DNA from: Veleropilina oligotropha
Lineage: Eukaryota
Direction of reading: 5' to 3'
Assembly: GCA_048128005.1 (NCBI GenBank)
Contig: JBEUKZ010000047.1
Coordinates: 186,001-250,000, forward strand
DNA: 64,000 nt
The notes below the pieces were generated by a model that saw only the letters and a list, made by a program, of their open reading frames with translations, searched no databases and was not told where the DNA came from. Made by a program: the position numbers and the translations under genes. Below are positions 1 to 11,091 of the stretch, in pieces; the first letter of the stretch is position 1; each line of letters opens with the position of its first letter.

Positions 1-2923
1 ATTCTGCATCTTTTGAACCATCTGTGTATATGCTTGCACGATCTGAATATTTTAATTTCAGATCGTGCACTTTTATGAGATAATCTGATGTGTCTGTGTT
101 TGATTTTTTGAGTGATGTAAGTTGTAGATCAATTACCGGTACTTTTAGTGTCCATGGTGGAGTATCCGGAATGTGATTTGTTTTAATTTGACCTACATGT
201 ATGCCTGCGTTTTCTAGTGCTGGTTTGATGCGGATGCCAAATGGTGCAATTTTGTTTGGTTTTGCCTGATATAGATGTTCATAATTTGGTGTAAATACAG
301 TTTCGAAAGCAGGGTTAGATGGATTTGATTTTAATTTTATTGCGTATTGTAGTGATAATTTTTCACGTCTGAGTGTAAGAGATGGTTCGTTGGCTTCGAC
401 ATAGAGGCTTTCCATGGGTGATGTGCGGAAAGCCCCCAGTGCAAGTCGAAGCCCTTGGTTATGGATTGGATCAAGCATTTTAAGGTTTGAATGGCGAGCA
501 GAGCCATATACTATGCTCCCATAATCAAGTTTTGATCTAATTAATGATCTGTATAGTCGTAATAAAACGTTTTTATCAGCACCCCATTCAGTATTAGAAA
601 CTACTTTCATTAAATTTAAAGCTTTTTTACATTTAGCTTTAATGTATTTTAAATGCGGTATGAAAGACAGTTTTCGGTCAAATACAAGGCCTAAAAATTT
701 AAATTGATCTACCACTGGAATCTCAAAGTCATCCAGCTTCAACACAGGGTCGTCATGTATTTCACGACGCTGGCAGAAGTGCATGCATTTAGTTTTGTCC
801 TTTGAGAATTTGAATCCATTCTCATCGGACCATATCTGTAATTTATTTAGGCCATGTTGTAGCTGGCGTTCTATACTGTTCATATTTGTTGAACGATAGC
901 AAATGCCAAAATCGTCAACAAACAATGAACAGTCAGTGCCAGTACTAATACATTTGACGATACTGTTTATTTTAATACTGAATAGGGTGACTGATAAAAT
1001 ACTTCCTTGAGGGACACCCGTCTCCTGGTCGTGGATATCGGAGAGGGTGTCACCCACCTTAACTTTAAAATTTCTATCCTCAAGGAATTTCGAAATAAAA
1101 TTGGGCAAGTGGCCCTTTAAACCAAAATCAAATAAATCCTTCATAATCCCGTACTTCCAAGTAGTGTCGTAGGCCTTCTCTAGATCGAAAAAAACAGCAA
1201 CTAAATGTTGTCTGTTTAGGAAGGCCTCACGAACAAAAGTTTCCAGACGTACCAAGTGATCTGTGGTGCTCCGGTTGCACCGGAACCCACATTGATATTC
1301 TGTAAGTAAATTATTTGATTCTAAGTACCAAACTAATCTCTCGTTTATCATCCTTTCCATGGTTTTACAAATACAACTCGTCAGGGCTATGGGTCGATAA
1401 CTGTTGGGATGTGATGTATCTTTTCCCGCCTTTGCAATTGGGATAATTGTAGCTTCCCTCCATGAGGGAGGGAAGGTTCCAGTTTCCCAGATAGTATTGA
1501 ATATTGCAAGTAGAGTTGTAAGTGATGTTCCAGGTAAGTGCTTAAGTAATTGATAGTGAATGTCATCAGGGCCAACTGCTGTGTCATGTGCCTTGTTTAG
1601 TGAAGCTGTGAGTTCCTTGTGTGAAAATGGCTGATTGTATGACTCTGTATTGTTGGATCTAAAATTGAGCCTTGTTTTTTCTTTTTGATGCTTAAAACGG
1701 CAGAATTTTGGAGTGCAGTTGTCGGATGATGAATTGGCAGAAAAGGTATCTGCCAATGTGTTTGCAATGTCTTTAGCCGTGGTTGCTTCTAATTTGTTTG
1801 TTTTAAGGTGCTTGATGCAGTTGGGTGTATGTTTGCCACTAATTTTACGGATCATATCCCATGTTTTTTTAATAGTGGAACGAGAGTTTAGTTTGGTAAC
1901 GTAGGAATGCCAGGATTCCCTTTTGCTGTGCTTGATGGTACGTCTGGCTTGTGCTCTTAATAGCCTAAAGCTATTAAGATTTTGTAGTGTTGGGTGCTGT
2001 TTAAATGTTGAAATTGCATGTATGCGTGCTTGGATTGCTTGTCTGCAGTCTTCATTAAACCAAGGTTTATTTTTGTGTTTGGCATTTGGGCAGGTCTTTG
2101 GAATTGAGAGTGTTGCAATGTCATTTAGTGTTGTAGAGAAACTTGATATTGGGTCTTCGCCATTAGTGAAGTTATTTAAGTGTAATTGCTCTTCGCAAAG
2201 AGATTGGAATTTCCCCCAATCTGCTTTGTGAAGTTTCCACCTTTCAGTATGTTCTTGCGTTTGATTTATTGTGCTTTCCAGGAAAATTGGAAAGTGGTCG
2301 CTTCCGCAAAGGTCTTCACCGACTTTCCAAGTAAAGTCCAGGAAAGCAGATGGGTCGCACATGGTAAGGTCAATGGTGGTAAGTGATCCTGTAGGTGGAT
2401 GCATGTATGTTGGCGATTTGGTAGTATTAAATAGACACATATTGTGTCTCCCAATAAAGTCCTCTATTTGATGTCCCCGTTTATCAGTGTCAGTACCGCC
2501 CCAATCAGTACTATGGGCGTTAAAATCGCCACACAGTACGAATGGGGTCGGTAGCTGATCGATGAGATCGTCAAGGTCAGTAGGATGTATGTTTATACCT
2601 GGTGGTAAGTATACCGAGCAAATAGTTATTACTCGGTGAATCGATATTTTCACCGCTACTGCCTGCAAGTTGGTGTTTAAGTTGACCTGGCTATGTGGTG
2701 TTCTGTTGTTGACGATGATTGAAACCCCCCCTGTAGCCTTGTCACCTGTGGTGACAATGTGATTATATAGTGAGTGATCTTTAATGCGTATGTTGTCTGT
2801 GAGTTTCATGTAAGTTTCATTGAGACAAAATGCTATTGGTTTGTTGTCTTGTATAAGTAAATTGATCTCATCAATATTCGGTTTAATGCCTCTACAATTC
2901 CATTGTATTAGTGTACCTGTCAT
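1..2923 (-). CDS. LINE ORF2 (APE endonuclease - reverse transcriptase - start of RNase H), partial, runs off window
   Basis: ATG at 2923 (MTGTLIQWNCRG) with DNA near-identical to ORF2 at 16002-19028. Its absence from the ORF track is consistent with no stop before the window edge. RT motifs (DLEKAYD, GVPQGS, FVDD) and YTDGSK are readable. Confidence 0.88.
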   Translation of the reverse strand, partial: MTGTLIQWNCRGIKPNIDEINLLIQDNKPIAFCLNETYMKLTDNIRIKDHSLYNHIVTTGDKATGGVSIIVNNRTPHSQVNLNTNLQAVAVKISIHRVITICSVYLPPGINIHPTDLDDLIDQLPTPFVLCGDFNAHSTDWGGTDTDKRGHQIEDFIGRHNMCLFNTTKSPTYMHPPTGSLTTIDLTMCDPSAFLDFTWKVGEDLCGSDHFPIFLESTINQTQEHTERWKLHKADWGKFQSLCEEQLHLNNFTNGEDPISSFSTTLNDIATLSIPKTCPNAKHKNKPWFNEDCRQAIQARIHAISTFKQHPTLQNLNSFRLLRAQARRTIKHSKRESWHSYVTKLNSRSTIKKTWDMIRKISGKHTPNCIKHLKTNKLEATTAKDIANTLADTFSANSSSDNCTPKFCRFKHQKEKTRLNFRSNNTESYNQPFSHKELTASLNKAHDTAVGPDDIHYQLLKHLPGTSLTTLLAIFNTIWETGTFPPSWREATIIPIAKAGKDTSHPNSYRPIALTSCICKTMERMINERLVWYLESNNLLTEYQCGFRCNRSTTDHLVRLETFVREAFLNRQHLVAVFFDLEKAYDTTWKYGIMKDLFDFGLKGHLPNFISKFLEDRNFKVKVGDTLSDIHDQETGVPQGSILSVTLFSIKINSIVKCISTGTDCSLFVDDFGICYRSTNMNSIERQLQHGLNKLQIWSDENGFKFSKDKTKCMHFCQRREIHDDPVLKLDDFEIPVVDQFKFLGLVFDRKLSFIPHLKYIKAKCKKALNLMKVVSNTEWGADKNVLLRLYRSLIRSKLDYGSIVYGSARHSNLKMLDPIHNQGLRLALGAFRTSPMESLYVEANEPSLTLRREKLSLQYAIKLKSNPSNPAFETVFTPNYEHLYQAKPNKIAPFGIRIKPALENAGIHVGQIKTNHIPDTPPWTLKVPVIDLQLTSLKKSNTDTSDYLIKVHDLKLKYSDRASIYTDGSKDAE

Positions 2924-2981
2924 GTTGTGTTGTTGGTGTATTTATGTAAGTAATTCGTGTGTAGTGCTGTGCTATAATTTA

Positions 2982-4535
2982 CTACTTGTTTGGTGGAAGT
3001 ACGGGCTTTTTTGAAGGTATGGGCTTTGCCGATGGTCGATCCAATGGTTTATCATCCATTGGATCGTCGACAGACGGTGGTGGTAGGGGTGGATCGTCCA
3101 CCACTTTAGTCTGTCGGTTTAGCTTGACTTTGACAGCTGCTGCTGCTGCTGCCTTCCTACCCTTCTCGGTAGCAGCAGCAACTATGTCAGCGGCAAGGTC
3201 CTTAATGGTAGTGTCAGGATCGCTTTGGTCATCTGATGGTTCGATGGTATCCATCAGATTATCAAAGCGATTATGCAGCTTAATTGGGTCCTCGGACCCT
3301 TTGGGCTGTCTGTTTGGCTTAATTGTTTGTTTCTTAGAGGCTGCTGCTTTAGGAGCAGCAGCAGTCTCTTTTGTCGAGTTGCGAGTAGTTTTGTTTGTAG
3401 GTTTTGTAGGTTTGATAGGTTTGAAAGGTATTGTTGTTTGTGTTTCTGATGATGATGATGCTAACTTGTTTCGAGATGGTACAGTACTGAAGAATGGTTT
3501 GCCAGATGGCCAGGTAATGTCAGTTTGCGTCGAAGAGGATCGAGTGATCGGCTTTTGCTCCGGTGCTGCAGCAATTGCAGCATAGGATCTGCCCGAAGTA
3601 GTGCGGGATTCCACCAGTTTCCTGGCATCCGGGAAAGAGATCCGGTCGATGGTCTTGACCCTCTGGATCTCTTTCTCGTGCTTCCACTTCGGACAGTCCT
3701 TAGAGTAAGCGCAGTGCTTACCCTTGCAATTGGTGCACAGAGGCTGTTGGGAGCAAGAGTCAGAGTCATGACCCTCTTCGCTACAACGAGCACATGCGGG
3801 ATTTCTTCTGCATCGGTCTTTGTGATGCCCAAATGCCTGGCATTTGAAGCATCTCAAGGGATTTGGAATGTATGGTTCTACAGGGATGTTGATGTAACCA
3901 GCTTTAACATATTTCGGAAGCACTGGAAGGCGGAAGTCCAAGATGATGGTGTTGATGGGAACTTTCTTCCCATCCTTGAACATTGTCAGGCGTGTAACCT
4001 TGATTACACCCTGACTAGCCATGCCTTCCAGCAGTTCGGGTTCACTGCATCCCTGCAGGTCCCTGGATCTAATAACTCCCTTGGAGCTGTTCAAAGACCG
4101 ATGCGGTCTGATTACTACAGGAATATTAACAAATGTATCAGTTCTAAGAAGGTTTTCCGCATGGCTCTTTCTGGCGCATTCAACCAGTAGTGTGCCATCT
4201 CGTAGTTTTTTAACGGATCGTGGTTCGCCAGCCAGGCCGAGAATGGCCTTGGATATGGCGAACGGACTCAGAGAAGTGATTGGAGTGTTGGAATTGCACG
4301 ATTCCACCGTTAAAAAACGGGGCCAGCTTTCCGGTACGACTGGTGGAGGGTCAGGTCTATAAGGAGCATCTAGCTCAGGATGATATGGGGTAGACCGGAA
4401 AGCGGCCATGAATTTAGCGTCATCATCATCATCATCAGAAACAGAGTCGACGGATATATTCCGTCGCTTTGCTGCTGTATGGTTTCGGCGTTTAAGAGGG
4501 TGTGGAGTTGCCATATTTTGTGTATTAAGTTTCAT
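2982..4535 (-). CDS. LINE ORF1 gag-like nucleic-acid-binding protein
   Basis: PNPLRCFKCQAFGHHKDRC, CARCSEEGH and CTNCKGKHCAYSKDC zinc knuckles. Start placed at ATG 4535; the track extends it to 4679. Confidence 0.92.
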   Translation of the reverse strand: MKLNTQNMATPHPLKRRNHTAAKRRNISVDSVSDDDDDDAKFMAAFRSTPYHPELDAPYRPDPPPVVPESWPRFLTVESCNSNTPITSLSPFAISKAILGLAGEPRSVKKLRDGTLLVECARKSHAENLLRTDTFVNIPVVIRPHRSLNSSKGVIRSRDLQGCSEPELLEGMASQGVIKVTRLTMFKDGKKVPINTIILDFRLPVLPKYVKAGYINIPVEPYIPNPLRCFKCQAFGHHKDRCRRNPACARCSEEGHDSDSCSQQPLCTNCKGKHCAYSKDCPKWKHEKEIQRVKTIDRISFPDARKLVESRTTSGRSYAAIAAAPEQKPITRSSSTQTDITWPSGKPFFSTVPSRNKLASSSSETQTTIPFKPIKPTKPTNKTTRNSTKETAAAPKAAASKKQTIKPNRQPKGSEDPIKLHNRFDNLMDTIEPSDDQSDPDTTIKDLAADIVAAATEKGRKAAAAAAVKVKLNRQTKVVDDPPLPPPSVDDPMDDKPLDRPSAKPIPSKKPVLPPNK

Positions 4536-4972
4536 CACCCGAGGTCCCCGCCCACCCCGGAGCCCAACAAGGGGGCATTTTAATGGGTGCGGAGTTCCAG
4601 CACCCAATGCCAGGGATACCCGGGTGATATACTCAAATAAGATAATGAATGTAGTGGTGGGAAATGTGTATCCCACCATCCATTACTCACTTGATTGACC
4701 CTTCAGCCACCGCCTTCTGGGATATAGATCGATTGATGGTATATGATCTGTTACATAAAATGTTTTGATTGAAATGTATAAATGTAATATTATTAAAATA
4801 TATTATCCCAGGGCTTGACGTGACAAGCCGATTGATCAGATAGGGCCTATCTGACCTCCCGTCTAGCTGAATCCGAGGCCTAAGTAGTGTGTTGCTTCAG
4901 CCGAGGCCGAAGCTCAACTACCAGGATCCTCTTCTCCAACATCACGGGTCGCCACCCACGGCAAACAGGTGG

Positions 4973-5046
4973 CTCCCATTTGGGGGGATCTTACCCCTCT
5001 GCAGGGAGAGCAGTCGGCATATTCTAACCCCTAACCGACTGGGGGG
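4973..5046 (-). other. Structured 74-nt 5'-terminal module of LINE A (also on D and E); function unknown
   Basis: Minus strand: CCCCC CAGTCGG-17nt-CCGACTG CT CTCCC TGCAGA GGGG TAAGAT CCCC CCAAAT GGGAG. Three stems; recurs at 45086-45159 and 45389-45462. Confidence 0.6.
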
Positions 5047-6387
5047 TATTTGTTTGTAATGTTATGTTAAAATTTGCCTATTTATTCGGTGGAAGTACGG
5101 GCTTGATGGGAGGTTTTGGCTTGTGCGGGCGATCCAATGGCTGATCGCTTTCCATTGGATCGTTGGCAGGAGGAAGCGGCCCAGGTGTTTCGGGGCTCTC
5201 CTCTGTCTGCCGGTGTAATTTGTCTGCTGCCTCTCTCCCACCCTTCATGGCAGCAGCAACAATTTCGGACGCGAGGTCCTCTATAATGGTATCGGTATTA
5301 TCAATTTGGTCATCTGATGGTTCGTTAGTATCCATCAGGTGACCAAAGCGATTATGCAGCTTAATAGGGTCATCGGACCCTTTGGGCTTTCTATCTGATT
5401 TTGTATGTTTCTTAGAGGCTGCTGCTTTAGGAACAGCAGCAGTCTCTTTTGTAGAGTTGCGAGTATGTTTGGTTGAAGGTTTGATAGGTTTGATTGACTG
5501 TGACGTTTGAGTTGATTCTGATGACGAAGATGCTAAATTGCTTCGAGATGGCAAAGTGCTGAAAAAAGCTTCGCCGAATGGCCAGGTGATATCCGTTTGT
5601 GTCGAAGAGGATCTAGTGACTGGCTTTTGCTCCGGTGCTGCAGCAATTGCAGCATAGGATTTACCCGAAGTGGTCCTGGATTCAACCAGTTTCCTGGCAT
5701 CAGGGAAAGAGATTCGGTCGATAGTTTTGACCCTTTGGATCTCTTTCTCATGCTTCCACTTCGGGCAGTCCTTAGAGTAAGCAAAATGCTTACCCTTGCA
5801 ATTGCAGCATAGTGGTGGCTTGGAGCAAGAGTCAGACTCGTGATCCTCCTCGCTACATCGAGCACATGCGGGATTCCTTCTGCATCGGTCCTTGTGATGC
5901 CCAAATGACTGGCATTTGAAGCATCTCAAGGGGTTTGGGATGTAGGGCTCTACAGGGATGATAATATAACCAGCTTTAATTGTTCTAGGTAGAACAGGAA
6001 GGCGGAAGTCCAGGATGATGGTATTTATGGGGATCTTCTTTCCATCTTTGAACATGGTCAGGCGTGTGACCTTGGTCACACCCTGGCTCTTCATGCCTTC
6101 CAGCAGTTCCTGTTCACTGCATCCCTGCAGATCCCTAGATCTAATAACTCCCTTGGAGGTGTTCAAGGACCGATGCGGTCGAATTTCAACGGGAATGTTG
6201 ACAAATTTTGAAGTTCTAAGGAGATTCTCCGCATGGCTCTTCCTGGCGCATTCGACCAACAGGGTGCCATCTCGAAGTTTCTTCACATATCGAGGTTCGC
6301 CAGCAAGACCAAGGATGGCCTTGGAGATGGCGAAGGGACTCAAAGAAGTAATTGGAGTAGTTGAGTCAAGTGCCTCGATTGTCAAGA
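5047..6387 (-). pseudogene. LINE copy B fragment: ORF1 (5078-6387) with N-terminus cut off by the 3' tail of copy B2
   Basis: Protein nearly identical to ORF1 of E from LTIEAL onward. The apparent N-terminus MVVKHQIKSNQI is translated (AAATC)n tail of B2. Confidence 0.9.
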
Positions 6388-9300
6388 TTTGATTTGATTT
6401 GATTTGATGTTTAACGACCACGCCGACATTATTTCAGTCATAATCGGGTCAATAAAATAAAAATGATCGTGATTGGTATATTTACAGGTTAAAATATATA
6501 AATATCGATAAAAAGGCAAGTAAAAACAATGTAAATTTAGATAAAAAACAAAGCAACAAAATAAAATGCTAGTGATGATAAAATGGTTGATAAAAACAAG
6601 TATAATAATAAAAATAAAAAATAAAAATCTGAAATTTGTGAAATAAATACTAGTAAAAATAAAATATAAATTATAACTTGTAGAAAATATTTACTTGTTT
6701 TAAAAACTCGAATAAAGCTTCGAGCTTAGTGAGACTAAATAACTCTTGGAGCGAGTTTGCCCGGAAGTACTTTTGGCGTGCGAGATCCAAATCGACACAA
6801 TCCAATAATATATGTTTAATTGTTAGGGCACATGCACAAGGAATACACTCAGGTGGAGGCTCCCCCCTAAGCAGGTAGCAGTGAGTGTAGTGGGAATGCC
6901 CAATTCTCAGTCTAGCTAAGACAACCTCGTCGCAGCGAATGATCCTGTAAGATGGAACCCATTCGCCAAGAAGAGGCTTGATTGCATGCAATTTATTCCT
7001 TGTGCATTCACTCCAAGAGTGCTGCCAAGTAGTATTTATATATTTGTTTATGTTTTGTTTAAAATCAGAGTGGGGTAATTTACAATTTAGTGTATGGTTA
7101 AGATGTGAGGCTGTCTTGGCAGCTTGGTCAGCCTTCTCATTGCCTTGGATACCAATGTGACTTGGTATCCAGCATAAAATAATGTCATTATAGGGTAAAA
7201 GATTGTTATACTGTATTAAAATATCATAAATAAGAGGGTTTCTATTCATCTCCCTCAATGCTTGCAAGCTAGAGAGGGAGTCTGAATAGATAATAAAACG
7301 CCTATTAATACTAGTTGATATGAAATTGAGTGCAAGTTCGATTGCCTTTAGTTCCGCAGTAAATATAGTCGCGCTGCCTGGCAGACGGTTTTGAAAACAT
7401 CGTCTGCCAGTGACAGCGGCTGCTCCTACTAATTCTGCAACTTTTGAACCATCTGTATATATACTTGCACGATCTGAATATTTTAATTTCAGATCGTGCA
7501 ATTTTGTGAGATAATCTGTTGTGTCTGTATTTGATTTTTTGAGTGATGTAAGATCTAGGTCAATTTCCGGTACTTTTAATGTCCATGGTGGAGTATCCGG
7601 AATGTAATTTGTTTTAATTTGATCTATATTTATGTTTGACTTTTCTAGTGCTGGTTTTATGCGAATGCCTAATGGTGCAATTTTGTTTGGTTTTGCCTGA
7701 AACAGAATTTCGTAGTTAGGTGTAAATACAGTTTCGAAAGCTGGATTAGTTGGATTTGATTTTAATTTAATTGCATACTGCAGTGAAAGTTTTTCGCGTC
7801 TATGTGTAAGTGATGGTTCGTTTGCTTCGACATAAAGGCTTTCCATGGGTGATGTACGGAAAGCCCCTAGTGCCAATCGAAGCCCTTGATTATGGATTGG
7901 ATCAAGCATTTTAAGGTAAGAATGGCGAGCAGAGCCATATACAATGCTCCCGTAATCAAGTTTTGATCTAATTAAGGATCTATATAATCGGAGTAAAACT
8001 TTTTTATCAGCACCCCATTCAGTATTAGAAACTACTTTCATTAAATTTAAAGCTTTCTGACATTTAGCTTTTATATATTTGATATGAGGTATGAAAGTCA
8101 GTTTGCGGTCAAATATAAGGCCTAAAAATTTAAATTGGTCCACCACTGGAATCTCAAAGTCATCCAGTTTCAGCACAGGGTTGTCGTGTATTTCACGACG
8201 CTGGCAGAAGTGCATGCATTTAGTTTTGTCCTTTGAGAATTTAAATCCATTCTCATCGGACCATATCTGTAATTTATTTAGGCCATGTTGTAACTGGCGT
8301 TCTATACTGTTCATATTTGTTGAACGATAGCAAATGCCAAAATCGTCAACAAATAATGAACAGTCAGTGCCAGTACTAATACATTTGACAATACTGTTTA
8401 TTCTAATACTGAATAGGGTGACTGATAAAATACTTCCTTGAGGGACACCCATCTCCTGGTCGTGAAGGTCGGAGAGGGTGTCACCCACCTTGACTTTAAA
8501 AAATCGGTCCTCAAGGAATTTTGAGATAAAAGTGGGCAAGTTGTCCTTTAAGCCAAAATCAAACAAATCTTTCATAATCCCGTACTTCCATGTAGTATCG
8601 TAGGCCTTCTCTAGATCGAAAAAAACAGCAACTAAGTGTTGTCTGTTTAAGAAGGCCTCACGAACAAAAGTTTCCAGACGTACCAAATGATCAATTGTGC
8701 TCCGGTTCCTACGGAATCCACTTTGATATTCTGTTAATAAATTATTGGATTCAAGATACCAAACTAATCTCTCGTTTATCATCCGTTCCATGGTTTTACA
8801 AATACAACTCGTCAGAGCTATAGGTCGATAACTGTTTGCATGCGATGGATCTTTCCCTGCCTTGGCAACTGGAATAACGGTAGCCTCCCTCCATGCGGAT
8901 GGGAAGATTCCAGTTTCCCAAATGGTGTTGAATAATGCAAGGAGAGTTGCAAGTGATGTTTCAGGTAAGTGCTTTAGTAACTGATAGTGTATATCATCAG
9001 GACCAGCTGATGTGTCATGTGCCTTGTTTAGTGAATCTGTGAGTTCTTTGCGTGTAAATGGTTGATTGTATGATTCAGAATTGTTAGATCTAAAGTTTAG
9101 CCTTGTTTTTTCCTTTTGATGTTTGAAACGGGTAAATGTTGGTGTACAGTTATCGGATGATGAATTGGCAGAAAATGTATTTGCCAAAGTATTTGCAATG
9201 TCTTTAGCTGAGGTTGCTTCTGAGGTGTTTGTTTTAATGTGCTTGATGCAATTGGGTATATGTTTGCCGCTGATTTTACGGATCATATCCCATGTCTTTT

Positions 9301-9498
9301 TAATAGTGGAACGAGAGTTTAGTTTGGTAACATAGGAATGCCAGGATTCCCTTTTGCTTTGCTTGATGGTACGTCTGGCTTTTGCCCTTAGTAGCCTATA
9401 GCTATTAAGGTTTTGTAATGTTGGGTTGTGTTTAAATGTTGGGTTGTGTTTAAATGTTGAAATTGCATGTATGCGTGTTTTTATTGCTTGTCTGCAGT
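6388..9498 (-). mobile_element. LINE copy B2, 5'-truncated, with 3' UTR and (AAATC)n tail
   Basis: Tail TTTGATTTGATTTGATTTGATGTTTAACGACCACGCCGAC on + strand at 6388. Homology to other copies stops at ...TGTCTGCAGT 9498. Confidence 0.92.
6671..9498 (-). CDS. ORF2 RT-RNase H-zinc finger portion of B2 (APE domain missing), open frame
   Basis: YRPIALTSC, FFDLEKAYD, GVPQGS, LFVDD; RNase H YTDGSK...AELKAI...SDSLS...WIPSHIGIQGNEKAD; C-terminal CIPC...HILLDC. Confidence 0.9.
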
Positions 9499-10605
9499 TG
9501 GGCACTTGGGCATCTATGCACAAATTGTGCAATCTGAAGGCTGCTGAGATAACCTGCATGGATCTTTCTGGTGAGAATAGCAGACAGCCTCCAGATTTGT
9601 GCAAGCACCTGAAATTTAACAAAATTAGTCACTTGTCACCAAGATGATTGTCAAGTTTGAACACATGACACGGTGATGTAATCAGCTATTAACACCGTAT
9701 TTGCAGCATATAACTATACTGGCATGCAATTAAGTGGTGAAATGGTATACACAGGCTCACTGTAAATGTCACACTATATTTGAAACAAATATGTGAAAAG
9801 TTACATACCGAAATTGGGATTTTAGGATCCCAAATGCCCGTTCTAGGACAACCCTGGTCTTGGCGTGCCTACGATTGTAGTTCATTTCCCCGGGGGTCTG
9901 GGGATTCAGCTTTGGTGTTAACAAGTGCCTTTTCAGATCGTAGCCTGAATCACCCAGTAGCCACCCGGGGATATCTCCATTAGACAACATTTCGTGGAGC
10001 TCGCAGTTATTAAACATGAACTGATCCGGCCCACCTGCAGACGACGTTTGTGAACCTAAATGGAATATTGATACAATAGGAATATATATTGTGTAATCTA
10101 GCTTGCCTGATTATTCTATAATTTATAATCAGCATATCTGCATGCAATCTCGTAAATATCAATATGAACTTTCATTTGCAAGTGACTTTGTGAAGGGGTG
10201 CGGTGGCCTGTCAGGAAACATTATTTCAACGATCCATCCATTCAGGGGGATATTATGAAAGCAATATTTAGTTTTTATGATGATATGATGTTATAATTAC
10301 CTCATTTTTGCAGAGCACACAGCTTGAATATTCATGGCGTGGAAGCCCTTTCTACAGACGAAATCCGGTTCATCTTTGGCTGGGGCTTGAATTGGAATGA
10401 GCGTTCCGTCCACGGCTTCCAGTACATTTGGAAAACCAGCCAAAGAATAAAACTCCCTTTTCGTCTGTAGAAGGGCTCCGCCGTCAACAGGAAAATGAAT
10501 AGAATCAATTCGGCGATTAATTGCCGCAGCAACTTCCACGATAGCTCTCGAAGCGGACGACCGCGACATTCCGTGAATATCGGCGATTTCTGACAAGACT
10601 TTTGA
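9499..10605 (-). pseudogene. PIF/Harbinger (HARBI1-like) DDE transposase remnant with two GT-AG introns
   Basis: Exons ~10605-10301 (AGFPNVLEAVDGTLIPI...RKGFHAMNIQAVC), 10055-9809 (FTNVVCRWAGSVH, frameshift, WLLGDSGY...YNRRHAKTRVVLERAFGILKSQFR) and 9608-9499 (CLHKSGG...FRLHNLC). Introns 10300-10056 and 9808-9609 are phase-compatible. Confidence 0.88.
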
Positions 10606-10806
10606 TAACTTCTTGGACTGGTGGGAAGAGGGCAACCTTCGCATTGCCCGTCTCGCCAAGTCCATCTCCAAAAGTGTGGCTAGTTTTCGCTGAAACAAGC
10701 GTCGGCACCTGGAAGTCTTTTTCCAAGGTGTCGGCCAAGGTTGAGGCCGGGCGAAAAGACCTTTTACCACTCAAGGTCAAGATCAAAGCCCAACTAGCCA
10801 AACTTC

Positions 10807-11079
10807 AGTGGTCTTCTTGATCACGGCGCGGCCAATGTTCTGAACTACGGTTCTGTTCGGGTTAGCCGAGTTCAGAGAGACGGTAAAGGCCAGGTGGGCA
10901 GTCCCTGGAACGATCACGTCATGAGCCCCAAGATTAGGGAACCGAACCAACAGCTGCTGGTTGGCGGCAATCGTTGATGGGTTGTTGGTTATGGTGACCG
11001 ACTGGCGGATACCCTTGACCCCAAGGGGCTCTCGCAGTCTGCGGTATGGATCAAGCGTGCGTCTGTAGAGGCTGGCCAT
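10807..11079 (-). pseudogene. N-terminal fragment of putative double-jelly-roll major capsid protein
   Basis: LDPYRRLREPLGVKGIRQSVTITNNPSTI...QQLLVRFPNLGAHDVIVPGTAHLAFTVSL...NRTVVQNIGRAVIKK resembles MCP N-termini of invertebrate Polinton-like elements (from memory, not searched). Truncated after KKTT. Confidence 0.7.
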
Positions 11080-11091
11080 GTTGTTGTCGCT

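Larger units (their letters stand above)
1..5046 (-). mobile_element. I-clade (Nimb/Ingi-like) non-LTR retrotransposon, copy A; 5'-complete, 3' end outside window
   Basis: ORF1 (CCHC knuckles) plus ORF2 (APE-RT). The 5' end at a G-run (5041-5046) is identical to the 5' ends of copies D and E. Inserted just downstream of the ORF1 stop of copy B. Confidence 0.93.

Noticed and set aside
2986..4698. Plus-strand ORFs antisense to ORF1 (also at 37344-38759 and 43116-44519)
   Set aside because: Shadow frames of ORF1; lengths vary between copies and there is no independent motif.
5022..5036. Telomeric TTAGGG-like sequence
   Set aside because: Only TTAGGGGTTAG within the LINE 5' hairpin loop; not an array.
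4973..5046. Calling the A/D/E 5' module an HDV ribozyme because of CAAAUGGGAG
   Set aside because: Stem 1 closes before the P2-like strand and only 6 nt lie between it and the P4-like stem, so P3/L3/P1' cannot form. Kept as an unknown motif.
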